A DNA stretch of 58,139 nt, the filler included, from Platydemus manokwari (lineage: Eukaryota): assembly GCA_037951405.1 (NCBI GenBank). It is 5 parts of 5 records of this genome, joined end to end, with 100 filler letters (N's around TTAATTAATTAA, not from the genome) between each part and the next. Parts side by side here need not be neighbours in the genome. Positions count along the whole stretch, not along the records: positions 45,532 to 58,139 come from JBBMOY010053346.1; 4 more parts are not named here. The stretch is one strand, 5' to 3'. Each line of letters begins with the position of its first letter. Position 1 is the first letter of the stretch. Made by a program: the position numbers and the translations under genes. Below the pieces are notes generated by a model. The model searched no databases. It was not told where the DNA came from and saw nothing but the letters and a program-made list of their open reading frames with translations. Shown one piece after another: positions 51,287 through 58,139 of the stretch.

Positions 51287-54036
51287 TCTTAAGCAATTTT
51301 TAAAATTCAAAATCGAGTTTATTTTTTATTTGATGAATTTCATTCTCCATTGTTACTGTTGGAAATGGAAACAATTTGAAGCATGTACAGAATTTATTTC
51401 TGTCTATTATTTTGTTTTAACTTCGAACATTGATTATACTTTTCACTGATTATTAGTTACATGATAAAAAATAATTACTAAATTTTTAACTTTCTCTATT
51501 CTATGGTTCTTGGAATTTGCTGTATTCTAATAAAATATCAGATAAGAAATTCAATTTATCGGAAAATAAATAGGTAAATTTTCTAATTTCTTCAGGCTGT
51601 TAAGGTTGCCAAATATTTCTTTAGTAAATAATATTTTGTATGTTATAATTGGATCATTGCTTCTACAAATTATATTTCTTTCCCAAAATTTTACAAACTC
51701 GACAATTGAAAATGCTTGATTAGGTAAGGTATATCTAAATGATTAACAAAAAAAAATTCAATTTGACGACAAACAATAAAAAATTTGTAATTCTTTTTAA
51801 AATTTTAGTAATTTCGTAGTGGTATTCTGATAAAATTTCTGAAATAATATTGTAAGTCAAAATTTTTTGCATATCTTCGATAGTTAATAATAAAAGTATA
51901 TCTCTATTCTAACTGTATTTCAATTATTTCTATTTTTGATTAGTACAATCTTTTGAACAAAATGTAGACAATTTGATAAGAGTTGGTTTTTGTACTTCCA
52001 TATTTATTGCAACACATGCTCCACGCTTGGGTCTGATTTTTATACTGAATACATAAGATGCTTTATCAGTGACCACCGAGTTCACACATCCGACATTTAT
52101 TTAAAACTGATCTCTGACTTCTGACTATTTTCTTGATATATATGGTATATATGTATACATTTATTGAAGAAAAATCAACAAACGAATTCAATTCAATAAA
52201 GAAAGCAGTGAAAATGATCACAAAAACAATAATGCCCACGATTAAAAAAGCAGTTAATTAAATTCATTTGCAAAATTCCAAAGTTTTTTATTGAAAAGAG
52301 ATCTGTATTTTCAACAAACCACATACATGTTCCTAAAGTTTTTTAAAAACAGTAAATTTTGAAAATCTATGCAAATTTATTGTGATTCTAATTCTGAGTT
52401 GATTTTACAATGATTTGTGGTGTTCTAATAAGATTATATACGATTTTGAGATAGTCCAAGTGATTTAATTCCACGAACAAGTAAAAGGTACTGATCTCCG
52501 ACTGACCATACGAAAAAAAGATCGAAATTTTCAAGAGAACGACTAATTAATTGGATACTCTTAAAGTTGTATTTTGAGTTACCCGGTATTGAATTTGGAC
52601 TGGAGAAGCGTAAATTCGTCAGTTTTGAATGGTTAAATTATTTTCTACTTGACGGCTTGAATGTGTTGAAGATGTGATCAATTGTGACCTCCTGCCCTGT
52701 CAGAGGCTCGGAGATGACAATCTCAAATTCTCCGGGAATTCTAGGGATCGAGAATATCTTTCCCTAGATCTGAATTAGGAGCTTTTAGACTTTGAAACTT
52801 TGGTAAAATTTCTGCGATTATTCCACAGCAAGTGGATTCATACGAGATTGAAATGAATGTGGTATTGTAAAAATCCATCAATCTAAGGGCTCGAAATCAT
52901 AGAAGATTTGAACAATTTTCGTCTGCTATTTTCCATGATGTCGAATTCTTCAGTGCTTTCCAGGAACTGGTCGGGTAATTAGATACCGTCTGGTCTGAGG
53001 CTATTAAAATCTAAAATAAATAATTAAAAAAGTCCCTAACTTATAATTTGACGTCGATCATTTTAATCGTATAATCTTATTTATTAACTTATTGAAAATA
53101 GATATCACAATAAACAAAGCATAAATTCGTTGAAAACCTAAATATAAATAAGGAAACAGCACAGAAATTTAAGCTTGTTTGTAATAAATTAAAATTAATT
53201 AACCAAATTGGCCGTCATGAATTCGATCAAAATCACATGTTGAATTAATTAATTAATAATGTGAGACCTCTGAGAACCAAAACCGAACAAAGCTTTGACT
53301 TAACTATGATTTTGATTGGTTGTTAGTAACCTATGCATATATGAAAATCGCCTTGCCAATTGTAAAACGATGAAACAGAATCACCAATGAAATCTTATAG
53401 TTTAATTAAACTTTGATTTAACTCTATTTCAACAAATGAAAATCTAACTCAAATTACCAATGCTACACTCAAATCACTCTCGTAGACACCGTTAATATTT
53501 CTGCTTGTAACGTTTTTGTTCCACAATTTGTGGTGATAAATTATTTCTGTTTCATTTTTCGGATACACAACTCTTACTAATATTATTATTTGAATTTGTT
53601 CTTATACCATATCTGGTATGTTTGAATCTAGTTTGTTCCATTGGTTATTAATTTCAGATATTTCGAAAGTAACTAGACAATACTCTCATCAATCCAGTCC
53701 AACAAGTTTGACTAGTTTTTAAAAGTTTAATTACACATTACTCTATGTACTTGAATTTAAACATCAAAGTTTATCAACGTCACTGTTTATTGTTAATCAC
53801 TTTTGCTCATTGTAAAGACCTTTTGCCGACATTGTAATTCAATTTTTTTTCTTTGATTATTCGAATTATTTAATTGAATAGTGCTTGTTGCTAAAGTTGG
53901 TTTTGAATAAATTAGAAAATATTTTGAATTTTCGATAAAAATGAATTATAAAAATGTTCTAAGATTTTAAAAATTCGATTGGTTATTTAAATTTGTGAAT
54001 TTGAAAACAACTAATTGGATTTATCATTTGCAATGA

Positions 54037-54180
54037 TTGGGATTGTTGGAAACGATTAAGAACAACGAATATTTATTAGAAAAGTTGAAATGTAAAATAT
54101 GTATTAAGAATATGATAACCAAATCTACCATCTTTTGCAATGATGTGACCGAATATATTTGTTTAAATTGTTATCTAATT
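54037..54180 (+). pseudogene. Possible degenerate RING-finger fragment
   Basis: LLEKLKCKICIKNMITKSTIFCNDVTEYICLNC resembles IAP-type C-terminal RINGs but lacks the His and the last CxxC. Confidence 0.3.
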
Positions 54181-54299
54181 CATTTTATGATAATAAAGAC
54201 ATCATTGGTTTCCATCAGAATTTATTGTTTAAAAATCGCAAGTGTTTTTCGAATATTTAATTATTTTTAATATAACTTTCCTCTCCCGTTATTTTTGAG

Positions 54300-54850
54300 A
54301 TCTTAGCTATTCAATTCTTCAAGATTTTGGCTGTCCCTAAAAATCAAGAAGCGCTTGATGTGGGCTTAAAAATGTCAAAATTCCATGAGGACCTTCATAA
54401 CGATCTCCATTCTTCTTTTTATTGTGTGGTTCTTTCTTCACTGAAACTTCTTCTCCAACCTCGAAAATTCTAGGACCTTTTTTTTTACCATCGAATTTCC
54501 TAAAGTTTGTGGCTACTGATTTTTGCTGATTTTTCGTTTCTTTGATGACCTGGTCGTGGTTTTAGTCATTATTTGTCCACCATTAGCAACATCAATAACA
54601 ATTTGTTCCAGAGGACCAAACTCTTCCCTTGGAATCATAATTTCTTTAGTTCGTCCAGTGTATACCTTCCGTTTAGCATAAATATCACTATCCCGTATCT
54701 CATGTTCGATGTTACGTGACATATTTGACTTAAGTAAATCTTTTGAATGCAATTGACCAATTTATTATTACCAATATGGTAAAACTCCTCATTAAGATAT
54801 CTCGTTAGTTTCTGTGAATGAACATCTGGCACAACAATTCGCTTCTGCTG
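54300..54850 (-). mobile_element. Gypsy integrase remnant (Zn-binding region + GPY/F tail, core deleted), same family as the 33.7-kb copy
   Basis: KRIVVPDVHSQKLTRYLNEEFYHIGN..GPLEQIVIDVA, then DRYEGPHGI. A purine tract follows. Clear nucleotide similarity to 33690-33880. Confidence 0.88.
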
Positions 54851-55255
54851 AGAAAACATAGAACGACTAGTGCTCTACTCAGACAGTGAGGAGAGCGAAG
54901 AAGAGAAAACCCCATTCACCATTAACTCTTATAGTAAATGAAGTCAAAAGGTAGCTGAAGAGAAGACTCAACAACAACAACAGCAACCACCTCAAGAATC
55001 CGTGTTCAAAAAACCAAGAACACCCCCTATAAGACAACGAAAACCCGCAACACCAATTTCCATCATACTCGTAAAACCAAACCCAAAATGGGAAACTTGG
55101 GCCACCCAAAACTGGTGTGTAGATTTGGATGCCTGATGTCTACAAGAATTCAAACTGTAATCTGCGACAAACCCGACAATTCGGCAATCTAATTACTACA
55201 ATTCAGACAAATTCCAAAGATGATTTGATAAACGATTTTATAATATGATTCTTTT
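54846..55255 (+). pseudogene. Copy 3 of the RLVLYSDSEESE ORF family
   Basis: C*ENIERLVLYSDSEESEEEKTPFTINSYSK*..KWETWA. Confidence 0.7.
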
Positions 55256-56177
55256 GAACATTTCAATATTTAATGATGACTTGATCTGATAAATGATAAT
55301 CTGACTCTTTCGAACATTGTATTTTTTGATTGTATATTGTAAATAACTGTAATATTGTTATGTAACATTTTATGATATGAATTATGTGAAAAATAAATGA
55401 TATTAAAATACTTGGATGGAAAATATTAATAAAATATATATATATGAAATAAAAAAACACATATTATTATTTATAAAGGAATAAGGCGACAAGTAAAAAT
55501 AAATATAATATTTAATTGTAAATGTTAATTATTTTCTAATAAAGTTTTTAAGGTTAAATAATTTAATTTAAAATTTAAGTTCAAGAACTTTTGAAAATAT
55601 AAACATTTAGAGTTTAAAGTAAAATAATGGTTAAAATTTTGTAAAAGTGATGGAAAATCCTAGGTACAAAGTACCGAATCTCAGCATTTATATAAGCTGA
55701 TGGATTTCATTACAATTCACTCTTAAAAATTTGGTAATTAGAAATTGATGCGAATCACTAAAGTGAAGCAGCCCCTAACATTTTTGGAACAAACTTCTGA
55801 AACTATAAAATTATTTTGGTAAAGCTTAAATAGTATCTATATAGCTTGACAATAAAATCAATATTTAAAATCTTACACTTGATTTAACTCTGAAGAAACC
55901 AGCTTCGGAGTTATATTATAAAATATATATTAAAGAATAATAAGGAGCAATGGTCGAGTTCTCACGATCTCAGTGAGATAACCATACCAAATTGTTATTT
56001 TGAGTTAAACTGATTGAGCCAATTTTATTGAAAATTTGTTTTTATCAATTATAAATAAAATTTATAAAGAATTTGTGTGTTGTTGATTTATTTTGTATAT
56101 CCATAAAATAAAGGAACTCAAGCCGTTGAGTTGGTTAAAAACAAATAAACACCTCATACAACCCAACACGTTTATTC

Positions 56178-57206
56178 ATTCTCATTATACATCACCATAT
56201 CTTTAAACAACTCATATTTCTATAAACTGTTAAAATGTTTGCTTTTCTTGACCGCTGAATTGACTCGTTTCTGTTTCTGTAACCATTTTTGAATGGAACC
56301 CAAGACATTATTTTCTTGTTGAATCTTCCTTATTTAGTCATTATTTGCTATTGAATGTTCGACACCATTAATAAACCGACTTTTTGTTTTACCTTCTGGT
56401 GCTGAGTTAACTAATGTGAACAAAATGCTTCGCCTATCCTTGAGAGTCCATCTATAGTTTCAAGATCTGATCCCTTCTCATATTGAAGCTCGAAATTAAA
56501 TCCGGATAAGTTTGCGAACCATATTTGAAACTGAGGGCTAACTGGTTTGCTAGTTTTCTTTATGTATATGTGACAGTCACAAATTTCATTCGCAGTAGAT
56601 AATGCTTAAAATGCACAGTGAACTCGTGGATTGCCAAAACCTTTTTCATGACCGTTAGGAGTTCTAGAGCCATAGGCTACTACTCTCTTTTCCAGTATCA
56701 TACAACTGACTTAGAACGCCGCCAATCGCTCTAAAACTAGCGTCGGTATCTAAAATCATCTCTTTGTTTGGATCCGGAAAAGCCAAAATCGGAGCTGATC
56801 AAAATTGTTCTTTTAGGTTTCCAAAACTTTCTTCACACTCTGTAATCCACTCCAATTTCTTGTCACTTTCGTTCATCATCGCATATAACGAATCCGTAAT
56901 TAATACATTATCTTTGATAAATCGTCTGTAATAATTACATACTCCAAGGAACGACTTTAACTGAGCAATGTAACCGGGTTTTATTGCTTCCTTAATCTTT
57001 TTCACTTTGTAGTTATCAGTTTCTATATCTTCTGCATTAATATTATGACCGAGGAAATTCAATTTTCTTATTCCAATAGAACATTTTTCTAGATTGATTT
57101 TCAAACCTGATGATTTAATCAACCTGAAAACCTTGTCGAGTTTCTCATCGTGTTCCTCTACTGTTCTTCCATAAACGAAAATATCCTCCAGATCAGTGAT
57201 TTCCAA
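56178..57206 (-). mobile_element. Gypsy RT C-terminus, RNase H and linker remnant (second copy)
   Basis: LEDIFVYG..GLKINLEKC..FLGH..LKSFLGVCNYYRRFI..DTDASFRAIGGVLSQ. Homologous to 32370-33680. Confidence 0.92.
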
Positions 57207-57479
57207 AATGATCCATATCGAGCTGGAAGGGGTCTACGTGGGTTAAAAAGTTGAAGGTCAATGGGAAGAAATTTTTTAAATTGCAAAAAACAGTATAATT
57301 CATAATTTTAATATTTAAAAAAATTAAACATTGTAGCATTATCAAGTCGGTATATTCGCGCGATGTCTTATATATGCATAAAGCTTAGCACTGGTGCTAA
57401 GCATCTTTCTCGGCATTATGAGATCATTAGTTTTAAAAAGGAAAATATTTAACAGTACTGACGAGATAGGTACAAGAGA

Positions 57480-57680
57480 TCTCTCAATAACATACCAACA
57501 GCAAATGATAATTCCATTTGATTAAATACGGCAAAAGCCTTGGTTGTCTGTAACAATTTCTCAGCATCCTGGATTGATGTACCAAAGAACGACGGCTTCG
57601 GAATTAATTACTCATGAGTTTTCTAGGGCAGATTCGCAATATTTTTCTGCCTCTCCTCTCGTTTAGCTCTCGTAAGAAAA
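57480..57680 (-). pseudogene. Retrotransposon gag N-terminal remnant
   Basis: IPKPSFFGTSIQDAEKLLQTTKAFAVFNQM resembles the PxxFxG..DxxxFLxxFxxxAxxNxW gag motif. Confidence 0.4.
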
Positions 57681-57789
57681 TTTATTTCGGCGTAATTGCA
57701 AGTAAAAACATCAAAATTTATTATTTAAAAATAATACGTGCTTTTCAAATATTTAAACAAATCTAATTTTTATCTAATTATTATAAGAC

Positions 57790-58130
57790 AGTAGAAAACC
57801 CAAGAAAAAGACAAAATCTAAGAAAATAGTGAACATGAAAAATTGCCATCTAAAATAACATTTAATAGATCGAAAATATTTTCTGAAGATGTTATTGCTG
57901 TACATATGAATAAATCGAGTATTTTATGTGATAAATTTAATTATATAGGGTTCAAAATTTTAGAATATGCAAAATTAGTTATGCGAAATTTTGTATATAA
58001 TGAATTGAAAATATATTTATCAGGAAAATATAAAGTTCATTATTCGGACATGGATAGTTTGTTTATAGAGTTTATATTGGATAAAAATGAAACCTTGGAT
58101 GATATTTTATTTAAAAAAATGAATTTCTAG
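57790..58130 (+). pseudogene. Polinton protein-primed PolB fragment (motif C region)
   Basis: IFSEDVIAVHMNKSSILCDKFNYIGFKILEYAKLVM..VHYSDMDSLFIE (cf. IFxENLVAIHMxK..KPIYVGFxILDLSKxLM..YxDTDSL). Confidence 0.85.
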
Positions 58131-58139
58131 CTGTAGGAA

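Noticed and set aside
57383-57402. Hairpin gcttagcac-tg-gtgctaagc as a Helitron end
   Set aside because: No CTRR terminus at the expected distance.
1-58139. Alternative genetic code, or tRNA/rRNA genes
   Set aside because: Host genes translate cleanly in the standard code, and stops in mobile elements come with frameshifts, indicating decay. No structural RNA gene was recognised by eye.

Overview
Very AT-rich eukaryotic (animal-type) genomic scaffold. It reads in the standard code, has ~50-nt GT-AG introns, and is five contigs joined by artificial 100-bp gap linkers (N44-TTAATTAATTAA-N44). Intact host genes: an SFMBT1/2-type Polycomb gene (MBT repeats-SLED-SAM, 2 exons), PPP1R7/sds22 (2 exons), a 5-exon divergent CAMK-like kinase, and an uncharacterised ORF near 49.6-50.5 kb. 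The rest is largely decayed mobile DNA that the ORF track misses. (i) A fossil Polinton/Maverick at ~7.2-11.9 kb has remnants of integrase, protein-primed PolB, major capsid, penton, adenain-like protease, a Gly-rich protein and a fibre-like protein; its penton is interrupted by a 71-bp TTAA-specific MITE. (ii) A Ty3/Gypsy locus at ~26.5-35 kb has an unknown ORF and a near full-length, pseudogenised chuvirus-type glycoprotein between gag and pol on the same strand; this is the most striking observation. (iii) A second Gypsy copy is split by a 1.3-kb insert. (iv) There are pogo, Tigger and hAT derivatives. (v) An unknown three-copy ORF family keeps RLVLYSDSEESE through synonymous-only changes. 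All family calls come from manual translation and remembered motifs, not database searches. Boundaries of decayed elements are approximate.
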